DNA of 33,060 bases from Candidatus Magasanikiibacteriota bacterium (GCA_041674805.1 JBAYVA010000002.1:149234-182293); one strand, 5' to 3'; positions 9,303 through 17,243 are shown, counted from the first letter of the stretch. Notes: generated by a model from the sequence alone, not told the origin. Translations and numbers: made by a program.

Positions 9303-9357
9303 AAATAATAAATTGAGATACAATAGAGATAAAATAGAGATGATATTATTTTCAATA

Positions 9358-9390
9358 ATAAAAAAACTGGGTTTTAAACTCAGTTTTTTG
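9358..9390. terminator. bidirectional intrinsic terminator between the convergent DUF3048 gene and prmC
   Basis: An A-run, then hairpin actgggtt-tta-aactcagt (9366-9384, one G-U pair), then a T-run. Confidence 0.7.
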
Positions 9391-9411
9391 TTATATGGTA
9401 TATGTTACATG

Positions 9412-10353
9412 TTACGTGATTATTACCATTCTATCTAGCCCTGACAAATCTTTTTTCACTTCAATATTTGCTTCTGGTAAATATTTTTTTATCATTGTTT
9501 TTATTTTTTCGGTTTGAGAAGGATCTATTTCGAGGAATGAGGAAAGGGGAATGAGGAACCCTCCTTCGCTCTGTACTCCGTCAGAGCTTCGGCGGGCAAG
9601 TGCGGAAATTTGTTTGAGAAGTTCTTCGTAGAGCGCGAGGCCGTCGTTGTCAGCTACTAGAGCGAGTTTTGGTTCGTGTTGGATTGAAAGTTCATTTTGG
9701 AATTGTTGTTTTGTAATGTAGGGGAGGTTGGCAGTTATAATAAGTTCAGTGTTCTTAGTTCTTAGTTCAGAGAGTTGGAGTATTGGTTCTAGTAAATTAC
9801 CGTGTAAAAATTTAATTTCCACATTATGTTTTTTTGCGTTCTTTTTTGCAACGTTTAATGCTTTACTAGATACGTCCACAGCAATTGTTTTCATTTTAAA
9901 ATGCGGATTTACGGATAATGCGGATTTACGGATTGATATAGGTATACACCCGGAACCAGTACCAACATCGATTAACAATATGCGTTCAAGTGTTGAAGTG
10001 TTTATTTGTTGTATTGCAGTCTCCACCATCAACTCAGTATCTGGTCTTGGTACAAGTACATTTTTGTTCACCAGAAAATCAAGTCCAAAAAATTCTTTGT
10101 GTCCGACTAGATAAGCGATAGGAATATTTTTTTGTCTTTGTCTAACAAGACTTTCAAATTTTATTTTTTGCCAAAAATTTATTTCAAAATCTGGGTTTGT
10201 AAACAAAAACTCACGTGATTTTTGTATCACGTGAGATAATAAGATTTCCTTGTCTAAAAGAGAGATTTTTGAATTGATTGCTAACAGTTTTTTTACGGTA
10301 ATTTTCATATTGAAATTTCTAAATTCCAAAATTTTAGATATCTTGTTCTGCAT
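9412..10353 (-). CDS. prmC: peptide chain release factor N5-glutamine methyltransferase (PrmC/HemK)
   Basis: Contains the SAM motif [11 protein letters not shown] and the catalytic tetrapeptide as NLPY (canonical NPPY), and lies directly downstream of prfA. An alternative start is at 10308. A GC-rich element is present in frame at 9532-9606. Confidence 0.88.
   Translation of the reverse strand: MQNKISKILEFRNFNMKITVKKLLAINSKISLLDKEILLSHVIQKSREFLFTNPDFEINFWQKIKFESLVRQRQKNIPIAYLVGHKEFFGLDFLVNKNVLVPRPDTELMVETAIQQINTSTLERILLIDVGTGSGCIPISIRKSALSVNPHFKMKTIAVDVSSKALNVAKKNAKKHNVEIKFLHGNLLEPILQLSELRTKNTELIITANLPYITKQQFQNELSIQHEPKLALVADNDGLALYEELLKQISALARRSSDGVQSEGGFLIPLSSFLEIDPSQTEKIKTMIKKYLPEANIEVKKDLSGLDRMVIIT
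9532..9606 (+). repeat. GC-rich hairpin element, long copy, in frame inside prmC
   Basis: Reads ccctcc-ttc-gctctg-tactccgt-cagagc-ttc-ggcggg (9559-9596), flanked by GGAATGAGG words and caag. It has the same outer stem as the copy at 9229-9245. Confidence 0.7.
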
Positions 10354-11392
10354 AATCAGCCACTCGCATTTTTTCCATTATTTCTTCCAAATTGCCATCA
10401 AGAATTTTGGTAATGTTGTTCCAACTTTCTTTTATTCTGTGATCAGTGATTCTATCTTGAGGATAATTGTAGGTACGAATTTTTTCACTGCGGTCGCCAG
10501 TTCCAATTTGTTTTTTGCGTTTTTCAGAAGCTTCTGCTTCACGTCTTTCACGTTCTACTTCATACAGACGGGCACGAAGCACGCCCATCGCTTTTATTCT
10601 ATTTTGTATTTGAGATTTTTCATCTTGACATTGAACAATAGTGCCAGTAGGTAAGTGGACGATACGAACAGCGGAATAAGTTGTGTTGACACTTTGTCCG
10701 CCGTTGCCACCAGCACAATAAGTATCAATACGAAGATCAGATTCTTTTATTTCAAATTCTTTTTCTTCTACTTCAGGCATAACAACTACACTAGATGTAG
10801 AAGTATGGATACGTCCAGATTTTTCTGTTTCGGGAATTCTTTGAACACGGTGAACTCCCATTTCATATTTCATTTCTTTGTAAACATTGTGACCAGAGAT
10901 AGAAAAGATAACTTCTTTGAAACCACCAATTCCAATTTGATTGGAATCTATAAGAGCTGTTTTCCAATTTTTTTTGTCAGCATATTTCATATACATACGC
11001 ATAAGTACACCAGCAAAAAGAGCAGCTTCGTCTCCACCTACGCCAGCACGAATTTCGATGATAACATTTTTTTTGTCCATTGGATCAGTTTCTCTAGTCA
11101 TTTCAGATAGTTCTTCTTCTAATTTTTCTTTTTTGATTTTTGTTTCTTCCAAATCTAGTTGTGCCATTTCGACTAAATCAGCATCTTCTCCTGCTAAGAT
11201 TATTTCTTCATTATCTTTCAAATTGCTTTCTAGTTTTTCTAATTCTTTGACTTTTTCTGCAATTATTTTCAAGTCATCATATTCTTGAGCAGCAGTTTTC
11301 AATTTATTTTGGTCAGCAATAATAACAGGGTTTTGTAAGTCTTGTTCTAGTTTTTGAAATTTAGTTTGGATTTCTTGGTATTTAGATAACAT
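10334..11392 (-). CDS. prfA: peptide chain release factor 1
   Basis: 352 aa with the GGQ motif ([12 protein letters not shown]), a PxT tripeptide as PET, and RIHTSTSSV. Confidence 0.95.
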   Translation of the reverse strand: MLSKYQEIQTKFQKLEQDLQNPVIIADQNKLKTAAQEYDDLKIIAEKVKELEKLESNLKDNEEIILAGEDADLVEMAQLDLEETKIKKEKLEEELSEMTRETDPMDKKNVIIEIRAGVGGDEAALFAGVLMRMYMKYADKKNWKTALIDSNQIGIGGFKEVIFSISGHNVYKEMKYEMGVHRVQRIPETEKSGRIHTSTSSVVVMPEVEEKEFEIKESDLRIDTYCAGGNGGQSVNTTYSAVRIVHLPTGTIVQCQDEKSQIQNRIKAMGVLRARLYEVERERREAEASEKRKKQIGTGDRSEKIRTYNYPQDRITDHRIKESWNNITKILDGNLEEIMEKMRVADYAEQDI

Positions 11393-11426
11393 ACAGATTA
11401 CAGATGATACTAATTTACAGATTATT
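11393..11426 (-). repeat. ATCTGTA-type heptamer array in the prfA 5' UTR
   Basis: The minus sense reads ...aatctgtaaattagtatcatctgtaatctgtATG, so the array touches the start codon. Confidence 0.8.
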
Positions 11427-11436
11427 AATTATTTTA

Positions 11437-11465
11437 ATTATAACATTTTATTTGTGTATTGTCGT
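11437..11465 (-). promoter_or_regulatory. promoter candidate for prfA-prmC
   Basis: In minus sense: ACGACA, a 17-nt spacer, then an extended -10 TGTTATAAT. Confidence 0.4.
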
Positions 11466-11532
11466 ATCTTATAATTTGTTACTTGGAATTTATTTTTATT
11501 AAACTTTAGTAACAAATTTATCTTTGATAAAT

Positions 11533-11566
11533 AAAAAACAGGCCAAAGTAGGACCCGTTTTTTTTA
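11533..11566 (-). terminator. intrinsic terminator after rpmE
   Basis: In minus sense: aacgggtc-ctacttt-ggcctgtt (two G-U pairs) followed by a T-run, with an A-run on the other side. Confidence 0.55.
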
Positions 11567-11577
11567 ATTTTGAAAAT

Positions 11578-11898
11578 CTATTTTTCGTTTGTAGCTTTTT
11601 TTGTAGCACGAACAGCATTTTTTACTTTTTTACCTTTGCGTGTTTCAGCTGCAGCAGCTTGTTTTGCCATTTTTTCATGGAATTTTTCTACACGACGAGC
11701 AGTATCAACAAGTACTTGTTTACCAGTGAAAAATGGATGTGAAGCTGATGAAATTTCAATATTGATTTCATAGTATTTTACACCATTTACTTCACGAGTT
11801 TTGTCTGATTTCAATGTAGAAGTAGTAAAAAATTCAGCACCACAAGAAGTGTCTACAAAAACTACTGGGTTTACTGCTGGATGGATGTCTTTTTTCAT
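11578..11898 (-). CDS. rpmE: 50S ribosomal protein L31 (Cys-less type B-like form with a Lys/Ala-rich C-terminal tail)
   Basis: Starts MKKDIHPAVNPVVF and contains SASHPFFTGKQ, where zinc-type L31 has CSxCHPFYTG. It is 106 aa long with the tail AKQAAAAETRKGKKVKN. Confidence 0.92.
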   Translation of the reverse strand: MKKDIHPAVNPVVFVDTSCGAEFFTTSTLKSDKTREVNGVKYYEINIEISSASHPFFTGKQVLVDTARRVEKFHEKMAKQAAAAETRKGKKVKNAVRATKKATNEK

Positions 11899-11901
11899 AT
11901 A

Positions 11902-11946
11902 TAAATGCCTGAAATGCCTGAAAAGCCGGAAAGGCTTAAAAGGCTC
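11902..11946 (-). repeat. phased 9-nt tandem array (RRGCMTTTY x5) in the rpmE 5' UTR
   Basis: The minus sense reads gagcctttt|aagcctttc|cggcttttc|aggcatttc|aggcattta, then tat and the ATG. Confidence 0.85.
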
Positions 11947-11964
11947 TTATTTATTGCGAGTAGG

Positions 11965-11993
11965 ATTATATCAGGATGTTCTTTTTTTGTCAA
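11965..11993 (-). promoter_or_regulatory. consensus sigma70 promoter for rpmE
   Basis: In minus sense: perfect TTGACA (11993-11988), 17 nt, then perfect TATAAT (11970-11965). Confidence 0.7.
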
Positions 11994-12080
11994 GTTTGGG
12001 GCTGTGTAATGCTGAAATCTTGCTTTTTTGGCTATTTTTGGTAATATTGGTTTATCTTATATTTTAAAAGATTGATAAAT

Positions 12081-12272
12081 ATGGACAAAAAAACAATTAA
12101 AGTAGATAAAAATTATTGTATTGGTTGTGGTAGTTGTAGTGCTATTTCTCCTGGCTGTTTTCGTCTAGATAACGATTTTAAAGCAGAAGTCTTGGATGAA
12201 GTGACTGATGATGAAGAAACTATACAAATGGCCAAAGACAGTTGTCCGATAGAAGCTATATCTATAAATTAG
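12081..12272 (+). CDS. small single-cluster ferredoxin
   Basis: 63 aa with CIGCGSC...C near the N-terminus and a distal CP (DSCPIEAI), the pattern of small Fe-S ferredoxins. The ATG at 12081 is preferred to the TTG at 12072. Confidence 0.7.
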   Translation: MDKKTIKVDKNYCIGCGSCSAISPGCFRLDNDFKAEVLDEVTDDEETIQMAKDSCPIEAISIN

Positions 12273-12281
12273 ATATAATTT

Positions 12282-13364
12282 TTAAGTTTTGTTGATTATT
12301 TCAAAAATTTGTTTAGTTTGTTTTTCCCAAGTGAAATCATTTTTGGCTCTAGTTTTACCTTTTTCTCCCAAAGATCGAGACCAATCTTTATTTTCATAAA
12401 ATTTTATTATTGCGTTTTTGATATTTTCCGTATCATCATTTTCTAATAATAAACCGGTTTCATTGTTTATTACTGCATCGCTTACACCACCTGTATTGCA
12501 GGCAATTACGGGTAAGCCTGCCAAATTGGCTTCCAAATAGACAATACCAAATCCTTCAAAATCACCAGCAATATTTCTAGCTGGCATTACAAAGACATCT
12601 GAAGTGGCAAGCAATTGCCATTTTTCTGTATCATTTATTTTTCCTACAAATTTTATTCTTTCATCTTTTGAAATATTTTTTAGATAATTTTCATCTGGTC
12701 CGGACCCTGCAATTACAAAATTTATATTTGGATATTTGTTTTTATCAATATTTTGTAGGGCTTCTATTGTTCTGTCTATGCCTTTTCTTTTCACCAGTCT
12801 ACCTACAAAACAAATTTGAAATTCTTTTTTTGTGTCTGTTGTTTCTGAAATTGAAATGTTTTTGTCTGTCACTCCTGGATTTACCAAAAAAATTTTTGAG
12901 GAAAAATTTTGGTAATCGTTTGTGACAATTTTTTGTAAGTATGAATTTGAGACAATTATATTTTGTGCTTTATTCAAAATAAATTTTGTGAGTATTTTTT
13001 TTCTTTTTCTTTTTTGTGAGAAAGTGTAATCCATGCCGTGCAAAATAACACTGTATTTGAAATCAAAAAACAAAGACATAAACCAAACAATTGTACCAAT
13101 AGGTAATATTTGCCCAACTAAAATATGTTTAAATTTATTTCTTTTTATTTCTTTGTATAAATAATAAAATGTTGGAAGCCAAGAAAAAAATTTTGATAAT
13201 AAATTTTTTCTTATAATTCTTTTATTTTCATTTATTTTTTCTGTTGTTGTTTGTGTCAAAACAAAAAAATTATCATCTTGCCAATTTTCAAAAATGTTGG
13301 AATAATATTCGGCCACACCTCCTTTGAAAGGTGTGTATTCCAATGTGACAAGTAATGTTTTCAT
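12282..13364 (-). CDS. glycosyltransferase family 4 (GT-B, group 1)
   Basis: 360 aa. The C-terminal motif FVMPARNIAGDFEGFGIVYLEANLAGLPVIACNTGGVSDAV is typical of GT4 enzymes. Confidence 0.85.
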   Translation of the reverse strand: MKTLLVTLEYTPFKGGVAEYYSNIFENWQDDNFFVLTQTTTEKINENKRIIRKNLLSKFFSWLPTFYYLYKEIKRNKFKHILVGQILPIGTIVWFMSLFFDFKYSVILHGMDYTFSQKRKRKKILTKFILNKAQNIIVSNSYLQKIVTNDYQNFSSKIFLVNPGVTDKNISISETTDTKKEFQICFVGRLVKRKGIDRTIEALQNIDKNKYPNINFVIAGSGPDENYLKNISKDERIKFVGKINDTEKWQLLATSDVFVMPARNIAGDFEGFGIVYLEANLAGLPVIACNTGGVSDAVINNETGLLLENDDTENIKNAIIKFYENKDWSRSLGEKGKTRAKNDFTWEKQTKQIFEIINKT

Positions 13365-13370
13365 AATTTT

Positions 13371-13937
13371 TTATTCACCATTCAAATATTTTTTCTTATT
13401 ATATAATCTGATACTATTCAAGGCTCCAAAAAGTGAGATGATAAACATGACAACAAAAAGAGTTCGAAAGCCAAACATATTGGCCATGTAGCCACCGATT
13501 ACTGCAGCTAGACCAGTCACGATGAAACTAAGAGCTTCCCACAATCCCCAGTTTGAAGCTTCTTCTTTAGCTTTGACATAATGTGAGTAAATAGCATCAA
13601 AAGCTGGACTAAGTATGGCTACAGACAAGCCTAGTAGAACCTGAGTAAATAAAAGTGTGGTTTGATTGTAAACAAAAATGTATGAAAGACATGCCAGACT
13701 GGTGAGTGCATAACCTAGGACCACAAATTTTTCTTTGTGTTTGGCTCTATCTTCCCAGCGACTAAGTAAATACATGACGACGCCAGCGGTGATCATATAG
13801 ACTGAATAGGCCCAACTAGCATCCAGGATGTCGCCACCGATTTGTTCGACGAAGATAGCGTAGATAGGGCCTATCATGCCGAGTGAAAGATTTATCCAAC
13901 TATCAGAAATTAGTAATATTTTTATGCCTTGTTTCAT
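13371..13937 (-). CDS. half-size MFS-like membrane protein (N-terminal six-helix half only)
   Basis: 188 aa with about 6 predicted TM helices. A degenerate MFS motif-A position (LSRWEDRAKHKEKFVVLG) lies between TM2 and TM3. The ORF stops right after TM6. Confidence 0.55.
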   Translation of the reverse strand: MKQGIKILLISDSWINLSLGMIGPIYAIFVEQIGGDILDASWAYSVYMITAGVVMYLLSRWEDRAKHKEKFVVLGYALTSLACLSYIFVYNQTTLLFTQVLLGLSVAILSPAFDAIYSHYVKAKEEASNWGLWEALSFIVTGLAAVIGGYMANMFGFRTLFVVMFIISLFGALNSIRLYNKKKYLNGE

Positions 13938-13960
13938 AAATTTTAATTATTTTTATTTAC

Positions 13961-14407
13961 TTATTTTATTATAATATTTTTTTCTAAATAATCTTTTATT
14001 TTTTGCATTAGTTCCCCATGTCTTTCTTTATTAAACTTTGGAGCATTTTGCCAATCATAAAACCAGACTGGTTTTTTTCTTCTTTCTTCTATTTCATTTT
14101 TGTAGCGAGGAAAAATGTGAGCGTGTAAAGCTGTTTCGGTGTTACCCAAAATTTCATAATTGATACGATAACAATCTGTAACAGCTAGTAAAGCATCACC
14201 AATAGCTGACATATCATTTAGAAAATCAATACGTTGCTCTGGGCTTAATGAGTTTAGTGATTCAACGACTGGATCTGCTAGTAGGACACAATAACCTTCA
14301 AGAAACTGAACGTCACCAAGTACTAGCCAACCACTTTTCATTTTGCAAATTACAGTTTCATTTTTTCCTTGTTGTGCCAAAGAAACACGTTCGTGGATGA
14401 GGGTCAT
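13961..14407 (-). CDS. HIT-superfamily-like nucleotide hydrolase/transferase
   Basis: 148 aa. LHAHIFPRY resembles the HxHxHxx histidine triad with the third His replaced by Phe, and an upstream GYCVLLADP segment resembles the HIT core strand. Confidence 0.5.
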   Translation of the reverse strand: MTLIHERVSLAQQGKNETVICKMKSGWLVLGDVQFLEGYCVLLADPVVESLNSLSPEQRIDFLNDMSAIGDALLAVTDCYRINYEILGNTETALHAHIFPRYKNEIEERRKKPVWFYDWQNAPKFNKERHGELMQKIKDYLEKNIIIK

Positions 14408-14439
14408 ATTATTTTTACTTATTTTATTAGAATATTTTT

Positions 14440-15045
14440 TTATAAATAAGGTTTTATTTCTTTTTGTAAATTCTCAAAATTTGTATATAGGATAGATTTT
14501 ATACCAAATTCTGAGGAAGCCTCTATGTTTTTCAATTTATCATCAATGAAAATGCAATCTTCAGCTTTTTCACCAATTAATTCTAAGCCTTTTTGAAAAA
14601 AATCTAGATTAGGTTTTCTAACTTTTATTTCACAAGAATAAATACACTTGTCGAAATATTTTTCAAAATTGGTAGCTTCTCGAAAATCTTTTATATCACG
14701 TTTGCTAAAGTTTGAAAAAATGTAGAGTTTGAATTTTCCATAGAGATTATTTTTTAAGAACTCCCACATCTGATTATTTTCTGTAACAACAGAAGCAACT
14801 TTTTGGTAAAAATCCTTTTCACTCAAATCATTTATATTTATTTTCAATTCGTTCAAAATTTTTTCATAAAATTCATGTTCATTAATGGCGTCTATATTTC
14901 GCAAATTATTCCAAGTTCTCCAAATTTCGTAAATATTTTCCGCATCTTTATCTAAATCAAAAGTATCCTTCAACCAATTGTTAAGGGTGTGATTGTCATA
15001 AAAGCGGAGGACGCCTCCTATATCAAAGATGATGGCTTTTGTCAT
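14440..15045 (-). CDS. HAD-superfamily hydrolase (subfamily IA-like)
   Basis: Motif I is AIIFDIGGVL, followed by a cap-domain region, with motif IV in CIFIDDKLKNI. Confidence 0.8.
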   Translation of the reverse strand: MTKAIIFDIGGVLRFYDNHTLNNWLKDTFDLDKDAENIYEIWRTWNNLRNIDAINEHEFYEKILNELKININDLSEKDFYQKVASVVTENNQMWEFLKNNLYGKFKLYIFSNFSKRDIKDFREATNFEKYFDKCIYSCEIKVRKPNLDFFQKGLELIGEKAEDCIFIDDKLKNIEASSEFGIKSILYTNFENLQKEIKPYL

Positions 15046-15099
15046 ACTTTATATTATTTTAATCAAATATATTATATCAACAAACCTCAAACAAAACAA

Positions 15100-15122
15100 A
15101 AACCCCGCTTTTCGCGGGGCTT
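15100..15122 (-). terminator. intrinsic terminator after the cupin gene
   Basis: In minus sense: gccccgc-gaaaa-gcggggt followed by tttttgttttg. The stem spans 15103-15119. Confidence 0.8.
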
Positions 15123-15128
15123 TATTAT

Positions 15129-15515
15129 TTATTCTGTCGTCTTCCCATCAAAATGTTCTTCCACTTCATCCGCCTTGGTGTGTTCAATAAGTCCATCTTT
15201 GTGTTCTGGTGGGGAATAGACGGTGTAAAGTTTCATTTCTGTTTCACCTGTATTTATGACATTATGTTCTGTGCCAGCAGGAATAACAATAGCAAAATCA
15301 TCTGAAACTTCTGTTTCCACTCCATCAAGAATTGCTTTGCCGTTTCCTTGTTCAATACGAATAAATTGATCAAGATGATGAATTTCTTGGCCAATTTCTT
15401 CTCCAGGTTGCAAATTCATAAGTACAAGTTGGCTATTTTTGGCTGTATATAGCACTCTTCTGTAGTCTGTGTTTTCTAGAGTTTCTTTTTCAATGTTTAC
15501 GATGTAGCCTTTCAT
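15129..15515 (-). CDS. cupin-domain protein
   Basis: 128 aa with a cupin beta-barrel pattern (GEEIGQEIHHLDQFIRIEQG ... VIPAGTEHNVIN). Confidence 0.75.
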   Translation of the reverse strand: MKGYIVNIEKETLENTDYRRVLYTAKNSQLVLMNLQPGEEIGQEIHHLDQFIRIEQGNGKAILDGVETEVSDDFAIVIPAGTEHNVINTGETEMKLYTVYSPPEHKDGLIEHTKADEVEEHFDGKTTE

Positions 15516-15569
15516 ATTATTTTAGGTTAAAATTGATTAAAAAGCTTAATTTTTGATGTTCTTACTTAT

Positions 15570-15598
15570 ATAATACACATATTTTATAGCAAGTGCAA
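15570..15598 (-). promoter_or_regulatory. promoter candidate for the cupin gene
   Basis: In minus sense: TTGCAC, a 17-nt spacer, then TATTAT preceded by TGTG. Confidence 0.4.
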
Positions 15599-15626
15599 CT
15601 ATTTTTAGCTTGTTTACAGCTAATTC

Positions 15627-15655
15627 TTGACAAATTTTAGTTTATCGTATATATT
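15627..15655 (+). promoter_or_regulatory. promoter candidate for rpsB-tsf
   Basis: Perfect TTGACA (15627-15632), a 17-nt spacer, then TATATT (15650-15655). Confidence 0.55.
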
Positions 15656-15785
15656 ATAGCTATTCTGATTTATCCGCTTACGGCGGATATTTCGGAAAAT
15701 ATTTATAAATCCCTCATCTTCCTGATGTTTTCCTGTCCGCCGACTCGGTGGATTTCTGGAAGAGAGGACTAAGGAAAATACTATT

Positions 15786-16526
15786 ATGAAGATTCCTTCT
15801 ATCTTGGAAATGCTCCAAGCCGGTGTTCATTTTGGACACAAAAAATCTCGTTGGTACCCAAAGATGAAACCTTTCATCTTTACCGACCGTAATCAAGTCC
15901 ATATTATTGACTTGGAAAAAACACAAGCTCAGCTTGAAATAGTTTTGCCACAAATAAAAGCATTGGCTGCTCAAGGCAAGCAAATTCTTTTTGTGTCAAC
16001 AAAACCACAAGCAAAAGCTATCGTACGTAAAGCTGCAGAAGAATGTGGCATGCCATTTTTGGTTGATCGTTGGTTGGGCGGTATGCTTACCAATTTTGCT
16101 GAAATCAAAAAATTGGTAAAAAAATATATTTCTCTAAAAGATCAACAAGCAAAAGGTGAATTGTCAAAATACACCAAAAAAGAACAATTGGAAATTGCTA
16201 GAGAAATCGAAGATCTTGGCAAATATTTGTCAGGTTTGGTAACTCTTGAAAAAGAGCCTGATGCTATTTTCATTCCTTCTATGCAATATGAAAAAACAGC
16301 TGTAGTAGAAGCAAATCGTATGAACATTCCAGTAATTGGTGTGTGTGATACAAATGCAAATCCTACAAAAGCTGAATACGTAATACCTGCAAATGACGAT
16401 GCTGTAAAATCTATTGAAATGATGGTAGGTTTGGTACGTGATGCTGTCAAAGAAGGTATGGATGAAAAAGCAAAAAATACTGCTTCTGTAAAAACTGAAG
16501 AAAAGAAAGAAAACGTTGTTAAATAA
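15786..16526 (+). CDS. rpsB: 30S ribosomal protein S2
   Basis: Contains LEMLQAGVHFGHKKSRWYPKM and WLGGMLTNF, a canonical S2 sequence. Confidence 0.97.
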   Translation: MKIPSILEMLQAGVHFGHKKSRWYPKMKPFIFTDRNQVHIIDLEKTQAQLEIVLPQIKALAAQGKQILFVSTKPQAKAIVRKAAEECGMPFLVDRWLGGMLTNFAEIKKLVKKYISLKDQQAKGELSKYTKKEQLEIAREIEDLGKYLSGLVTLEKEPDAIFIPSMQYEKTAVVEANRMNIPVIGVCDTNANPTKAEYVIPANDDAVKSIEMMVGLVRDAVKEGMDEKAKNTASVKTEEKKENVVK

Positions 16527-16562
16527 ACGTTAGAAAATTTATTTATCTTAAAACATAAACTT

Positions 16563-17213
16563 ATGTCTATTTCTGCTTCTGAGATTGCTAAGCTTCGTGC
16601 TCAAACTGGAGCTGGCATGATGGATTGTAAAAATGCTATGGAAGAGTCCAATGGTGACTTTGAAAAAGCAATTGATTGGTTACGCACAAGAGGTGTTGCC
16701 AAAGCTGCCAAAAGATCTGGTAAAATTGCTGCCGAAGGAAAAGTATTTACTTACCTTCACGGTGCTGGCAAAATCGGTGTGATGATAGAATTGAATTCAG
16801 AAACTGACTTCGTGGCTAAGAATGAAAACTTTTTGGCATTGGGAAATGATATCACTATGCATATTGCTGCGATGAATCCAAAATATCTTTCTCGTGAAGA
16901 AGTTTCACAAGAAGATATGGACAGAGAAAAAGAAATTTACCGTGCTCAACTCACAGCTGAAGGCAAACCAGAAGCTATGATTGAAAAAATCTTGGAAGGC
17001 AAAATGGGTAAATACTATTCAGAAGTTTGTCTTCTTGAACAAGCTTTCATCAAAGATGAAGACAAAACTATTGAACAATTGCTTACAGCTGCTTCTGGAT
17101 CAATTGGTGAAAAAATCAGTCTTCGTCGCTTCGCTCGTTTCGAAGTAGGTGAAGGTATTGAAAAGAAAGAAACTGATTTTGTGGCTGAGGTGAATGAACA
17201 ACTTGGGGCTTAG
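16563..17213 (+). CDS. tsf: translation elongation factor Ts (short form)
   Basis: The UBA-like N-terminus reads IAKLRAQTGAGMMDCKNAMEESNGDFEKAIDWLR. The gene lies downstream of rpsB. Confidence 0.95.
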   Translation: MSISASEIAKLRAQTGAGMMDCKNAMEESNGDFEKAIDWLRTRGVAKAAKRSGKIAAEGKVFTYLHGAGKIGVMIELNSETDFVAKNENFLALGNDITMHIAAMNPKYLSREEVSQEDMDREKEIYRAQLTAEGKPEAMIEKILEGKMGKYYSEVCLLEQAFIKDEDKTIEQLLTAASGSIGEKISLRRFARFEVGEGIEKKETDFVAEVNEQLGA

Positions 17214-17243
17214 TGGAATGAAAGCATAAAAACATGAAAACAT

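Noticed and set aside
9141-9323. The 60-aa minus-strand ORF from the track might be a gene.
   Set aside because: It starts inside repeat arrays, overlaps the DUF3048 C-terminus in antisense, and has no convincing promoter. Only the shorter 42-codon version from the prfA-like ATG at 9269 is kept, as a low-confidence curiosity in the findings.
9200-9606. The two GC-rich repeat copies might be a diversity-generating retroelement (DGR) template/variable repeat pair. One copy sits at the 3' end of a gene and an Avd-like four-helix-bundle gene lies in the window.
   Set aside because: The copies differ by a ~25-nt indel rather than by adenine-specific substitutions. No reverse transcriptase is present in the window, and the Avd-like gene is 21 kb away.
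10334-10353. The 20-nt prfA/prmC overlap might be a frameshift or fusion signal.
   Set aside because: Both ORFs are complete. The overlap disappears if prmC starts at the ATG at 10308, and there is no slippery sequence.
15714-15983. An 89-aa minus-strand ORF spans the rpsB leader and start.
   Set aside because: It overlaps the unambiguous S2 N-terminus and the structured leader and has no homology signal, so it is treated as spurious.
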